A program made the position numbers and the translations under genes. Positions 10,275 to 20,250 of a stretch of DNA of 64,000 nucleotides are shown here, piece after piece (the first letter of the stretch is position 1; each line of letters begins with the position of its first letter). The DNA is from an uncultured Candidatus Saccharibacteria bacterium (lineage in GTDB: Bacteria; Patescibacteriota; Dojkabacteria; J137), in NCBI GenBank assembly GCA_965230975.1, contig OZ246402.1, positions 165,771 through 229,770 on the forward strand. Direction: 5' to 3'. Under the pieces are notes generated by a model, which saw only the letters and a program-made list of their open reading frames with translations, made no database searches and had not been told where the DNA came from.

Positions 10275-11408
10275 ATGAACAAAACCACTCTTAAGTTCCT
10301 AACATATATTGGCATAGGTGTTATTCTTTTACACTTTGCAATAACCTTTGCCATTAGAGTGAGTCTTATGGCTATGCCAAACGAATGGCTGGCTGCTTTA
10401 TGGCTAAATATATTTGGAATAAATGATTTATACCAAAACATAAAATTTTATGAAATAAACCCCACCCTTGCACCTTTAAATCAATTTTATTACATCGCAT
10501 CTTTCATACTTAGTGGTATAGCAACCCTAATCGTAGGTAGAGGAAGAAATATTATTGAAATATTGGGAATAATGATCTCATTTGCAATTCCACAAAAAAG
10601 AAAATCTTGGGGTAAAATATACAATCTAGAAACCAATGAGCCATTGCCCTTTGCATCTATAAGAATAATTCAAAACGATGAAAACGGACACTTTGTAAAA
10701 GTATTACAAGAAATAGTATCTGATGTAGAAGGAAACTATAGAATTTCTGCATTACAATCAGAAGTAAATGTAGTAGTCCAGGTAAGATTGTCAAGCTTTA
10801 CGACCCTTGAAGTACCAATCACTCAATTAAAAGAAAGAACATCTTCAAATGACATAATAGAAGATATAAACCTAAGTTCAGATACTTCTGCCAAAGGCTC
10901 TTTTATAAACCAAAGACAAAGACTTATTAAAACAATATATAAAATTGTAATTATATTGCTATATATACTCTCCCTTGTAAGCGTAATTACCATCTCTTTT
11001 TATGCACTTAGGTTCGAACTAACTTTAATAGCATTACAATATAATTTAGCAGTATCGATCATTACTTTAATTTGGAATACTAATGTAATATTTAACCTTG
11101 GAAAACCTGAGCTTGGAATGATTTTGGATAAAGAAACTAAGCTACCAATATCTTATTACACAATTAAAGTTTTTAAAGATAACAAGCAGATCTTTTCTAA
11201 AGTTATAGAAAAAAGTGGAAAAATAATACTCCCATTACCAAGTGGCAATTACAAGGCAGATATCTTTAAAGAAGGATATAAAAGTTTAAATGACATAGAC
11301 TTAAAGATTAATAAAAGCGGGTATACAAAAAACAATATTTATTTAGAAAAAGATAGTAAGGTAATTAGTGAAGCAACAAGTGGAAAACTTGCAAACCCTT
11401 TCTCTTAA
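10275..11408 (+). CDS. membrane protein with two carboxypeptidase-regulatory-like (beta-sandwich) domains
   Basis: Repeated GKIYNLETNEPLPFASIRI and GMILDKETKLPISYYTIKV units, SDVEGNY motif, TM helices. Confidence 0.6.
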   Translation: MNKTTLKFLTYIGIGVILLHFAITFAIRVSLMAMPNEWLAALWLNIFGINDLYQNIKFYEINPTLAPLNQFYYIASFILSGIATLIVGRGRNIIEILGIMISFAIPQKRKSWGKIYNLETNEPLPFASIRIIQNDENGHFVKVLQEIVSDVEGNYRISALQSEVNVVVQVRLSSFTTLEVPITQLKERTSSNDIIEDINLSSDTSAKGSFINQRQRLIKTIYKIVIILLYILSLVSVITISFYALRFELTLIALQYNLAVSIITLIWNTNVIFNLGKPELGMILDKETKLPISYYTIKVFKDNKQIFSKVIEKSGKIILPLPSGNYKADIFKEGYKSLNDIDLKINKSGYTKNNIYLEKDSKVISEATSGKLANPFS

Positions 11409-11846
11409 TTACTTTCGAGTATTATCAATAATCTTTTGAAGTACTTTAAAGTAAGTCTCAATCTCACTTTCAGAGCACCCATCTAAAATCTTAATAAGCT
11501 TTTTATTAATTTTGGTTCTCATCTTTTTTGCCAACCTTAACCCATCTATAGTTAAACATGCTTCTTTAACACGCTTATCCTCCTCTAATCTTGTAACTTC
11601 TATTAACCTCTTTTCAATAAGTTCGTTTGTTAACTCTGTAATAAAAGGTGCATCTACACCTAAAATCAATGCCATCTCGTTAAAGTTAAAAACCTTTCTA
11701 TCTACAAGTAAATCAAGAAGTGTCCAAGACGAGATTGAAATTTCATATTCTGCAACTAGACTACTTACATAATCTTTTAAAAGCCTATGCGCAATTGTTT
11801 GAATAACTGCGTAGTTTTGCAACTTAAAATCATTTACTATTTGCAT
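11409..11846 (-). CDS. MarR family transcriptional regulator
   Basis: wHTH with LIEKRLIEV...EDKRVKEACLTIDG (DxR motif). Confidence 0.85.
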   Translation of the reverse strand: MQIVNDFKLQNYAVIQTIAHRLLKDYVSSLVAEYEISISSWTLLDLLVDRKVFNFNEMALILGVDAPFITELTNELIEKRLIEVTRLEEDKRVKEACLTIDGLRLAKKMRTKINKKLIKILDGCSESEIETYFKVLQKIIDNTRK

Positions 11847-12048
11847 ATGTTGGTAATAAGATTCAATAATCTTCCCATATAAGCTAATAAATATCCAATT
11901 TGTTATTTAGCTAAAGCTTTTTGGTTGATGCCAATAGGGTTTGCCTGTAAAAGCATTAACGATATTGCTTTAAGACACAATAGTTATAATGCTTAAGTAG
12001 CTAAACTAATTAAAGAATAGTGTAAAATATAATGTTTAAAACAATTAT

Positions 12049-12777
12049 ATGCATATAATATTAGTTTCCTTTTTAGCTGGTATCTTGACAGTATTAACAC
12101 CCTGCTCTTTTACTTTGTTACCTGTAATATTGAGTACAGGCTTAGAAAATACAAAAAGTAAAAAGAGACCGTATTTAATTATTTTATCATTAGCATTATC
12201 TGTAATTTTATTTACATTATTATTAAAAGCCACAACCGCATTAATTGATATTCCTTTACAAACATGGAATATTCTATCGGGCATTTTAATTATTTTTGTT
12301 GCACTCTCTTTTTTATACCCCGATTTGTTTAGTAGAATTTTAAAGAAAAACCCAATAACCTTAAAAAGTGAGTCGGTATTTAAAAATAGTTTTGAATCGC
12401 AAAGCACTATTACATCAATACTTGCAGGAATTTCTTTAGGACCAATTTTTACTGGCTGCAGTCCAACATATTTATTAATAGTTTCTGTATTATTACCCAC
12501 AGATTTTTTTAGTGGATTAATTTACTTGCTTGCATATGTTTTTGGACTATCGACAATTCTTATTCTGGTATTATTTGGAGGAAGATCTATTGTTAATAAA
12601 TTCAAATGGGCAATTAATCCTCAAGGCAAATTTAAAAAGCTGTTGGCAATTGTAATGATTATCTTTGGAATATTAATCATTTCTGGCCTTTACAAGCAAA
12701 TAGAATCTTCTTTGTTAAGTGCCGATTTTTCTAGGAATATTATTAATTTTGAGAGAGGTTTTTTGCAAAACAATTAG
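12049..12777 (+). CDS. CcdA/DsbD-type transmembrane disulfide-exchange protein
   Basis: AGILTVLTPCSFTLLP and FTGCSPTY redox cysteines; 6 TM helices. Confidence 0.85.
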   Translation: MHIILVSFLAGILTVLTPCSFTLLPVILSTGLENTKSKKRPYLIILSLALSVILFTLLLKATTALIDIPLQTWNILSGILIIFVALSFLYPDLFSRILKKNPITLKSESVFKNSFESQSTITSILAGISLGPIFTGCSPTYLLIVSVLLPTDFFSGLIYLLAYVFGLSTILILVLFGGRSIVNKFKWAINPQGKFKKLLAIVMIIFGILIISGLYKQIESSLLSADFSRNIINFERGFLQNN

Positions 12778-13742
12778 ATTCTTTTTAAAACAACAAATTT
12801 TTCTAAATGATCGGTATTTGGAAAAAAGTCATACTCTTTTTGATGAATAACATCGTAATTGTTTTCTAGAATCTTTATATCTCTTTCTTGTGTTTCTGGG
12901 TTACAAGATAAATAAAACACATATTCTGGTTTCGCACTCAAAATCGCTTCTAAAACTTTTGGCATGCAACCGGCTCTTGGGGGGTCTAGAAATAATATAG
13001 CTTCGGTTGATAATAGTGTTGTTAAATTAGCATCTTCAGATCTAGATTCGTAAAAGTCATAGTTTGTTAGTCCATTTATCTTCGCATTTTTTATTGCATA
13101 TTGCTTAGATCCTGGAAACAACTCTACCCCAACAACTTTATTAAATAAGTCTCCATGGTAAATTCCAATTGTTCCAACCCCGGCATATAAATCTAAAAGG
13201 TAACTTCTTTTTGATTCTGGTAATTCAGATACTATTTTGTAAGAATCTTTTAAAAATTCTTGCACAACAGGAATGTTGATTTGAAAAAATCCATCTGCAG
13301 GGAATGAGAATTCTTTTGTACCCAGCTTTTCTATAAGTTCTTTGGTCCCAACCTCAGACATAAGTTGAGTTTGAACAAACGCGGGAGATTTTTTTGTGGA
13401 ATGATAAATATATACGCCTTTCATTAGTTTTGGGTCAAAAAAATCTCCCGCATCTAATTTTAGTTCTTCATCTTTTATATAAATAAATACAACAGATTTA
13501 TCTTCAAAAGTAGAATACCTAAGCATTATTCCTTTTATTTGAAACTTTTTAACACCTTTTTGGTTTATCAATTTGATTACATGTTTTGCTGCTTGGTTTA
13601 AATTTGGAAGAGCTAAATCAGAACCTTCATCTGTAATTATTAAACCTCTTTTAGACCCTTGAACGTGCTGAGCCAAATGTAACACCTCTTGGTCATCTAC
13701 ATAAATCGAATACTCCATTTTTGTTCTATATGCGTTTGTCAT
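12774..13742 (-). CDS. RNA (uracil-C5)-methyltransferase, TrmA/RlmD family, without TRAM domain
   Basis: YRTKMEY, GFFQIN, LLDLYAGVGTIG, LDPPRAG, YLSCNPET, DFFPNTDHLE. Start set at MTNAY (13742), 6 nt after TATAAT. Confidence 0.88.
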   Translation of the reverse strand: MTNAYRTKMEYSIYVDDQEVLHLAQHVQGSKRGLIITDEGSDLALPNLNQAAKHVIKLINQKGVKKFQIKGIMLRYSTFEDKSVVFIYIKDEELKLDAGDFFDPKLMKGVYIYHSTKKSPAFVQTQLMSEVGTKELIEKLGTKEFSFPADGFFQINIPVVQEFLKDSYKIVSELPESKRSYLLDLYAGVGTIGIYHGDLFNKVVGVELFPGSKQYAIKNAKINGLTNYDFYESRSEDANLTTLLSTEAILFLDPPRAGCMPKVLEAILSAKPEYVFYLSCNPETQERDIKILENNYDVIHQKEYDFFPNTDHLEKFVVLKRI

Positions 13743-13980
13743 ATGCGAATTATACTCTATGTTTAAAAATATTATTGCATTTGAATTTAAGATTTTATAA
13801 AAATTTTGCATCTTCTGACCTCGATTTAAAAAACTCATGGGTTTAACATTTTTATTTTTTAATAGCATAATCAACCCAGTAATGAGTTTATGCCATACAA
13901 ATTTCAAAGATAGAAAAGTACTTTTTGTAAAAGTAATTAGATTAATGAGATACTGTATTTATTAATCTTAAAAAATTCAT

Positions 13981-14286
13981 ATGAGCGTAAATCCTACAAG
14001 TTCAAAAACAAAACTAATTGCTGCAATTCTAGTTGGTGTGGTGCTGATTTTAGGTATAGTTATTGGTGCGTTAGTTTATTCTAATACTCCAAAAGACATG
14101 TCTTTTAACAGCGATATTTGCTGGAATACTGTGCTAGATGGAGAATACTGGGCAAATGGTTGTAAAGGCTCTAAAAACAAAGACTTAATGTGTACGGAGG
14201 CATTGGTTAAATTAACACCAGAAGAAAAAGTCGAATATCAAAAGTGGGTTAATGCAGGAAAACCTTTAATTGAAGGTTGCGATTAA
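13981..14286 (+). CDS. small membrane-anchored protein with 4 extracytoplasmic cysteines
   Basis: N-terminal TM helix followed by C...C...C...C. Confidence 0.7.
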   Translation: MSVNPTSSKTKLIAAILVGVVLILGIVIGALVYSNTPKDMSFNSDICWNTVLDGEYWANGCKGSKNKDLMCTEALVKLTPEEKVEYQKWVNAGKPLIEGCD

Positions 14287-14340
14287 CAAATCTTAAGTTT
14301 CACTTTGTTTAAAGAAAAGAAAAATTTGATATACCAAAAC

Positions 14341-14368
14341 AAAGGCCCCGACAAGGTCGGGGCCTTTT
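14341..14368. terminator. bidirectional intrinsic terminator
   Basis: AAAGGCCCCGAC-aag-GTCGGGGCCTTTT between convergent genes. Confidence 0.85.
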
Positions 14369-14386
14369 AAATCTCAAATTAATTAA

Positions 14387-16405
14387 TTAAGGGCATGCAT
14401 CAAATTCACAGTTTAACTTTGGGTTTCTACCAACATAACTTCCATCTGGGCAAACTTTTGCATCCATAGTACAAGCAATATCTGTAGATCCTGACCCTGT
14501 GGAACCATCTCCAATTCCAGGGTCTACAGGGATTGGTCTATTTGCAACTTCTAATAAAGCGGTTTTAATAAAATTATAATCGCTTGTATTATTTGGGTTG
14601 TAGGCTTTCAAATTTAAATCAGAAGCTGCAACTTTCGTACCTGTATAAACATCTTTAGATGCACTATAGACATGTCCATTATATTCAAAAATAATGTAAG
14701 CATAGTCATAAGTTGATTCTTCAGCTGAATCTGGGGCCATTATTCTTGAATCGCTAGATACACCTGAGTTAGATGATGTAGCAACTCCCTCTCTTAAATA
14801 GTACCAGTTTTGAGTTGCTGTAAATGTTAAAAGTGTAGCGTTAACATTTACACCATTTATTTTTATTACAATATTTTCTGCGGATTTATTTTGAACCTCA
14901 GAAAAAGTATTGCTTTTAGAATCAGAAACCTGAGCAATTGTTGTACCTTTTTCAAAACTTTCAATGTACATTGTTGTATTACCATCATCTTTAACAAAGT
15001 TGAAATTACTTTCTGCCGTTAAGTATGTTGAAACATCAGTTGGATTGTATAGTTTGAATAAATCATCTCCAAGTGAGCCACTTGGATAAAACGCTCTATC
15101 TGCTCTGTAATTTGAATTAGTAGGCTCTGTAGTTGTATTTACATAGGAGTACCCATAACTTATAGTATAAGTTTCCGGAATTAATACATAGGTTTGAGTT
15201 GATTTCAAAGCATCTATAGTTCTCGTTGCCTCTTTTTCTGCAGAATACTCTTCTGCAGGTATGTATGGATAAATAACATCTTTAACCGGTACATTTACTC
15301 CTAAGGTGAAGATACTATTAGCTTCTGCTTCCGTTATTGTTTTTGTCTCTACTGTAACTATTGTACTGCTCATTAAGTTTGCTGCATCTGCACTACCTAA
15401 ATATGTTTTGGTATCTAAAATAGAATATGTTTCTGAATTTATTTTGTTTTCATAAACAACTGTTGACTCTACGTTGTTACATAAAAGTGAATAAGAGTAT
15501 CTTAAAACGTAATAAGTTTTTCCATTTTCAGATACGGTACCAACAATTTTTGCATCTGGCCCAAAGTATTGTGTTACTAATGTCTCATAATCTGGTTCTG
15601 TGGCTTGAGATTCTTCTGGTGTTGTGGGCCCAGACACAGCTTCGTCTAATACAGCAGTGCCAGCTAACGGCGAAATACTAACGTTTGTTGGGCCTTGGTC
15701 ATAAACATTTCTAACTGCATAGCTTCCACCTGCATAGTCAAAGTAAATGGAGTTATTACCCTCGTATTTGGACACACTTAAATTTGTAATTTGGTTATTG
15801 GCACTGTAAGTAACATATTTATACATGTAAGATCTGTAATCTGATCCTCCGTTGGGTCTGAATTCGTATGTATCTGAAATCGAAGTTACTTTATCAAAGT
15901 TAAATGCATTTTCACACTTACTAGCTGCAGGGCCTGCAGTTATTGAAGTTCTGGTGTATCTGTAATTTGCTCCATTAAAGTCATCTATTATTGGGGCTAT
16001 GGTTAGGGAACTAGCCATGTCGCTTGCTCCTGCATTTCTTGCAGGGCTTAATGCTGCCCCTTCTTGTATTGTAGATACAGAGTTATTTGCTAAAACTTTA
16101 GAAAGTATCGCTAAGGTATCTTCTTTTGAATAACCAGAGCCTTTTTTTAATTGTGCTAAATAGTAAACAGAAAAAGCAGATACCGCAACAACAAAAATAG
16201 CTACTGTTATGACCGATGCAATCAATACTTTGTTTTTCATAATCTTGTAAATAAATAAGTTATTATTTGTGTACTCTTTTTGATCAGAAAGAGTAAACTC
16301 TTTAAGCGAATTTTCAGCTATGCTACTCCATTCTATATCAATTTTAGATTTAGAAGTAAGTAATATCTCTTTTAATTTTGTATCATTTAATTTTTCCATT
16401 TGCAA
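14387..16405 (-). CDS. putative anti-sigma factor: single TM, large extracytoplasmic domain, C-terminal CTxDAKxCPDGS Cys module
   Basis: Overlaps the 3' end of the ECF sigma gene; short cytoplasmic N-terminus, one TM helix, C-terminus ACTMDAKVCPDGSYVGRNPKLNCEFDACP. Confidence 0.65.
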   Translation of the reverse strand: MQMEKLNDTKLKEILLTSKSKIDIEWSSIAENSLKEFTLSDQKEYTNNNLFIYKIMKNKVLIASVITVAIFVVAVSAFSVYYLAQLKKGSGYSKEDTLAILSKVLANNSVSTIQEGAALSPARNAGASDMASSLTIAPIIDDFNGANYRYTRTSITAGPAASKCENAFNFDKVTSISDTYEFRPNGGSDYRSYMYKYVTYSANNQITNLSVSKYEGNNSIYFDYAGGSYAVRNVYDQGPTNVSISPLAGTAVLDEAVSGPTTPEESQATEPDYETLVTQYFGPDAKIVGTVSENGKTYYVLRYSYSLLCNNVESTVVYENKINSETYSILDTKTYLGSADAANLMSSTIVTVETKTITEAEANSIFTLGVNVPVKDVIYPYIPAEEYSAEKEATRTIDALKSTQTYVLIPETYTISYGYSYVNTTTEPTNSNYRADRAFYPSGSLGDDLFKLYNPTDVSTYLTAESNFNFVKDDGNTTMYIESFEKGTTIAQVSDSKSNTFSEVQNKSAENIVIKINGVNVNATLLTFTATQNWYYLREGVATSSNSGVSSDSRIMAPDSAEESTYDYAYIIFEYNGHVYSASKDVYTGTKVAASDLNLKAYNPNNTSDYNFIKTALLEVANRPIPVDPGIGDGSTGSGSTDIACTMDAKVCPDGSYVGRNPKLNCEFDACP

Positions 16406-16868
16406 TATTTTTTAATTTATCAAAAGCTCTAAAAACTGAAACCCTAATAGTGTTTTCATTTTCACTATAAATTTCTGAAATTTCTTTGTATGTGTACCCC
16501 AATACATAATGTAATATTACTAACTCCTGCTCTCTTGGCTTCATTTGTTGCAAAGACTTTGCAACATAGAATTTATAAAGTTCATTTTCGCTTTCTTCTA
16601 TTTCAAAATCTTTATCTAAACCTATTTCTTTGTTATTTTTCTTTAAGCTATCTTTAGTGCTATTACTTGCGATTTGAAATAACCAATTTCTTAAATTTCC
16701 ACCTTTAAACAAATCTCTTTTAACCCAGGCTTTTTCAAATGTCTCTTGAGTTATGTCTTCTGCTAAATCTTTAACTCTATTACATCTGAAAAACACAAAT
16801 GTAAAAATATCTTCACGATAAAGGCGAAAGGCTTCTATTAGGTTTTCCCAAGTTTTAAGTTCATTCAT
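16383..16868 (-). CDS. ECF (group 4) RNA polymerase sigma factor
   Basis: AEDITQETFEKAW, WLFQIASN (region 2); REQELVILHYVLGYTYKEISEI...RVSVFRA (region 4). Confidence 0.92.
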   Translation of the reverse strand: MNELKTWENLIEAFRLYREDIFTFVFFRCNRVKDLAEDITQETFEKAWVKRDLFKGGNLRNWLFQIASNSTKDSLKKNNKEIGLDKDFEIEESENELYKFYVAKSLQQMKPREQELVILHYVLGYTYKEISEIYSENENTIRVSVFRAFDKLKNIANGKIK

Positions 16869-16892
16869 TAAATATTTTGCGTACTCTATATA

Positions 16893-16918
16893 AACGAGTA
16901 AAAATAGATTTTGTTACA
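16893..16918 (-). promoter_or_regulatory. putative ECF-dependent autoregulatory promoter
   Basis: Minus strand TGTAAC-N16-CGTT about 25 nt upstream of the ECF start; matches the AAC/CGT ECF consensus and spacing. Confidence 0.7.
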
Positions 16919-16933
16919 GATTTTTTTTGGGAA

Positions 16934-17272
16934 TTAGCAAGGTTTAAACTCGCATTTGTTGTTTGGGTCTCTTATTACGAAACTACTATCTTCGCATTGT
17001 TTTACATCTTGTGGGCAGTAAATTACACCATTTGTTGGAGCAATTGCTTTACTACAGTTAAACTGACAACTGTTTAAAGGGTCTCTGCTAGCATAACCCC
17101 CGTTTTCACATATTTGAACATCTTCTTGGCATTTTATGTTTGTTACTATATCTCCAGAAATAAGGGTTAAGTCTTTAGATGTAGCTAATGGAAGGTTGAT
17201 TACAAAGATTGCAACTGCAACAGCACCAAATACTATAAATACAAATGTAAATATTATTAAGAATTTCTTCAT
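16934..17272 (-). CDS. membrane-anchored protein with two tandem 4-Cys modules
   Basis: Signal/TM helix, then CQEDVQICENGGYASRDPLNSCQFNC and CPQDVKQCEDSSFVIRDPNNKCEFKPC. Confidence 0.75.
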   Translation of the reverse strand: MKKFLIIFTFVFIVFGAVAVAIFVINLPLATSKDLTLISGDIVTNIKCQEDVQICENGGYASRDPLNSCQFNCSKAIAPTNGVIYCPQDVKQCEDSSFVIRDPNNKCEFKPC

Positions 17273-17404
17273 ATACTTTAATATATTAGGTGGAAATTCA
17301 ATTTATTGCAATATCTTGGTTAAATTGCTTTTTGAAAGCAAGCTTAATTTACCTTGCACCAAGTTAACGTAATAGTCGTTAAAAAAAATAATCAATTCAA
17401 AAAC

Positions 17405-17434
17405 AAAAAAAGGGCCTTTCGAAGAAAGGCCCTT
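17405..17434 (-). terminator. intrinsic terminator
   Basis: AAGGGCCTTTC-gaa-GAAAGGCCCTT hairpin followed by a U-tract on the minus strand. Confidence 0.85.
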
Positions 17435-17456
17435 GGAATTAATGTGTTTAATAGGA

Positions 17457-19019
17457 TTAGGATTCGTTTCCCCAAAGTAGTTTTTCAAATTCTATTGGGT
17501 ATAGTTCTCTAAACACTCTTTTGAAATTTCCTTGTCTTAAATTCACCCGTTCAGGCAGATTTTCAGGGTTCTTGCTTAATTGTTCTTGATAATCTTCCTC
17601 ATCAAGCTCTAGTGAAAGGGAATAAACTTGAATTAAATTATAGAATACAGGGTGCATAATATATTCATTAGCTAGCTGATCAAAATCTACATCTGTATTA
17701 AAAATTAGCTTACTTAAAAATTCTAAGATAATTGCATCTGCTTCGTTTTGATCTATTCTGTAACCATTTTCAAATTTTTCATTTACTTCATCTGTTAAGA
17801 TTACTTTATCTGAAACTTGCGTTTTTATATGGGTAAGTGCGTTTAAGAATTCAATAGCAGGCTGAGAAACAGGATCACTGTTAGTTGAATCCATATTCAT
17901 TAACACCATATCTTTTTGTAGAGTTCGGGCTAGTCTTATATTGGCTTTTTCTAATGAGATGTGTCTTTGAGCTGGATTTACCTCTTTTGGAAAAAGAGGT
18001 GTTACGTCAACTAATTTATACTCAACAGAACCGTTCATCCAGTTAATTATGTTCAAAGCACCTTCGATAGTAAAGAATAAAACCTCCCTTTGATCAGATC
18101 CATCTACTGCAACATCTGATCTGTATAATTTTTGCCACATTGCATAGTCTAACTTAAACTTTCTTTTGAAAGCTAAGTTGCTACTTGTAGCCCTAACTAA
18201 ATTTAGTTTTTTAAGAACTTCAAAAATGTCGTCTAAAGTAATGTAATAGTCAGTGAAGTTGCTTATTTCTGCTCTGCTTACAATGTCCTTATCTGCTCTT
18301 ATTTGGCGTATCTTTCTATAAATTACAGAATTTTTACTTATAAAATCCTTTCTTTCGCTATCGGAGAATTTATTAAGTTCTCTTAGGTATCTAATAAAGT
18401 TAAAAATTCTACTATCCCACTTCAAATCATCAATCTCACTGTCTTCTGTAATTAATCCATAATGATATAAGTGTTCTGAAATACTAGTTCTGCTATAACC
18501 TGTCATTTCTTGCAACATTGAAAGTCTAACAGAACCATTTAAGCCTCTCTCTTCTAATATTTTATTTAAAAAGTTTTGTACTGATTTACCCAGGGCTATT
18601 AATATTTTGTTTTCTATATAAGCACCCTTCTCTATCTCCTGAAGGTTTCGGATAAGTTCATCAATATTATCTCTTCTATCCTTCCACACTAATAAGTGAT
18701 GTTGGGCAATAAGTTTGGTTTGTGTTACTTCTGCGAATGATGCTGAGGTTCTCGACATAGTCAATTCAGCATTGAAATACTGTTCTATATAGAAATTTAC
18801 ATACTCTTGAAATTTTTGGGAAACATAATCAAGAAATCCTTTAATTAATGCTGTGTATGATTTTGCAGACAGCAATTCAATTAATTCTTCATTTGTTGGA
18901 TTAGAAGCAATGCCAAGTGATCCGACATATCTAAACGTATCTTCCATTTCTTCCACAGCATTTCTTAGAGCTGTATTGTTTGTTAGATTGTTTATGCTAC
19001 TAAGAAGGTTAATATCCAT
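17457..19019 (-). CDS. hypothetical protein with possible internal HTH
   Basis: 520-aa ORF; LSMLQEMTGYSRTSISEHL resembles an HTH. Confidence 0.65.
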   Translation of the reverse strand: MDINLLSSINNLTNNTALRNAVEEMEDTFRYVGSLGIASNPTNEELIELLSAKSYTALIKGFLDYVSQKFQEYVNFYIEQYFNAELTMSRTSASFAEVTQTKLIAQHHLLVWKDRRDNIDELIRNLQEIEKGAYIENKILIALGKSVQNFLNKILEERGLNGSVRLSMLQEMTGYSRTSISEHLYHYGLITEDSEIDDLKWDSRIFNFIRYLRELNKFSDSERKDFISKNSVIYRKIRQIRADKDIVSRAEISNFTDYYITLDDIFEVLKKLNLVRATSSNLAFKRKFKLDYAMWQKLYRSDVAVDGSDQREVLFFTIEGALNIINWMNGSVEYKLVDVTPLFPKEVNPAQRHISLEKANIRLARTLQKDMVLMNMDSTNSDPVSQPAIEFLNALTHIKTQVSDKVILTDEVNEKFENGYRIDQNEADAIILEFLSKLIFNTDVDFDQLANEYIMHPVFYNLIQVYSLSLELDEEDYQEQLSKNPENLPERVNLRQGNFKRVFRELYPIEFEKLLWGNES

Positions 19020-19135
19020 AATAGTTGATAATTAATATATCCTAATTATATCACCGAATACAGGAGTTTGTCACCAGCCGATGATGACAGGTCTTTGAGG
19101 GGGGTGCAAAGAATGCCCTTTGGATAATGTGTTTT

Positions 19136-20224
19136 TTAAAGCGTATAGCTTACCGGCAAGGAGATTTGCTCTTCAAGGGTTAAGTTTAAATCATACTCAA
19201 ATTCGCGTTCTACTTTTGAAACATCAATTTGCTTCTCTCTTTTATAAAAAGTTTGAGTATATAAAAGATTAAAACTGTTAATATTGTTCAAATAAGTTTC
19301 ACTAAACTCTAGTTCGAAACTTACAGTATTAAAATAGCTTAAAGTAATAAGTTTTGATTTAGAATTCGCACTATAAGAAGTCGGAAAAGACGCAGGATTT
19401 ATACAATCAAAAATGCTTTGAGTTTTTAAAACATAAAACTCTTTGCCGTTCTTTTTAATTTGCATATCTAAAATAGTATCTTCAAAAAATATATCTTCTG
19501 AAGAAGCTCGAACTGAGTATGAAACTGGATAAGAGTTAACCTCTTGAGTATTCTTAGGTAAATTTAATGTTGAAAAATTTCTAACCACTGTACCCTCTTC
19601 ACTTAACAGGTATTCTTCCAAACTTTGACCCTTTAATTTAGATAAATTATATCTAGTCACATTATTATTTAAATCCCTAGATATAATTTTAGAGAAATAC
19701 TTTGTTTTATCTCTGTACTCACTAAAGAAAGTAGTGCCACTTTTAACATTAAGCGCGGAACACTCATTTGAATATGTTTGGGTAAAAGTTGAAAACTCTG
19801 CTAAAAAATAGTCTTGAGTAAAGTTTTGTTGAATGGACGTAATATCCATTTGTGGATCAATATTTGTGCTTGTTGGATTGGACTTAACGCTTGCTTCGAT
19901 TACCTTAATAGGGTTGTTTTTAATAATGTTTTGGTAAACATTAGCTTTTTCTTCTACGCTAAAGTTAGTATTAACTGTTTGTACAGATGGGGCAATACCA
20001 CCGCTAAAACTATTAACTAAAAAAATTAATGCCAAAGATAAAATTGCCAAAGATCCAAAATAAAAGGATAGTTTAGGCAAAATACTAGGTTTTTTGTAAT
20101 ATTCTTTAATAACCTCTACTTTCAAGGAGTGTTTAAAATTGGGATCAGCAACAATATCTTTCTTTGCAAAAGCTTTTAAAAAAACCTTTTCTTCTTTTGT
20201 AAAATCGCTCATTAATGTATTCAT
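19136..20224 (-). CDS. putative anti-sigma factor (single TM), paralog of 14387..16405
   Basis: Directly downstream of the second ECF sigma; ADPNFKHSLK N-terminus, TM helix, ectodomain aligns by eye with 14387..16405. Confidence 0.65.
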   Translation of the reverse strand: MNTLMSDFTKEEKVFLKAFAKKDIVADPNFKHSLKVEVIKEYYKKPSILPKLSFYFGSLAILSLALIFLVNSFSGGIAPSVQTVNTNFSVEEKANVYQNIIKNNPIKVIEASVKSNPTSTNIDPQMDITSIQQNFTQDYFLAEFSTFTQTYSNECSALNVKSGTTFFSEYRDKTKYFSKIISRDLNNNVTRYNLSKLKGQSLEEYLLSEEGTVVRNFSTLNLPKNTQEVNSYPVSYSVRASSEDIFFEDTILDMQIKKNGKEFYVLKTQSIFDCINPASFPTSYSANSKSKLITLSYFNTVSFELEFSETYLNNINSFNLLYTQTFYKREKQIDVSKVEREFEYDLNLTLEEQISLPVSYTL

Positions 20225-20250
20225 TTAAATATAAAGTCTTGCCTGGAGTA

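Noticed and set aside
13743-13907. 55-aa N-terminal extension of the RNA methyltransferase ORF
   Set aside because: No TRAM or Fe-S cysteines; better explained as promoter region, with TATAAT 6 nt before the Met at 13742
17303-17488. 61-aa ORF on the minus strand
   Set aside because: Spans a clear intrinsic terminator and overlaps the end of the upstream gene
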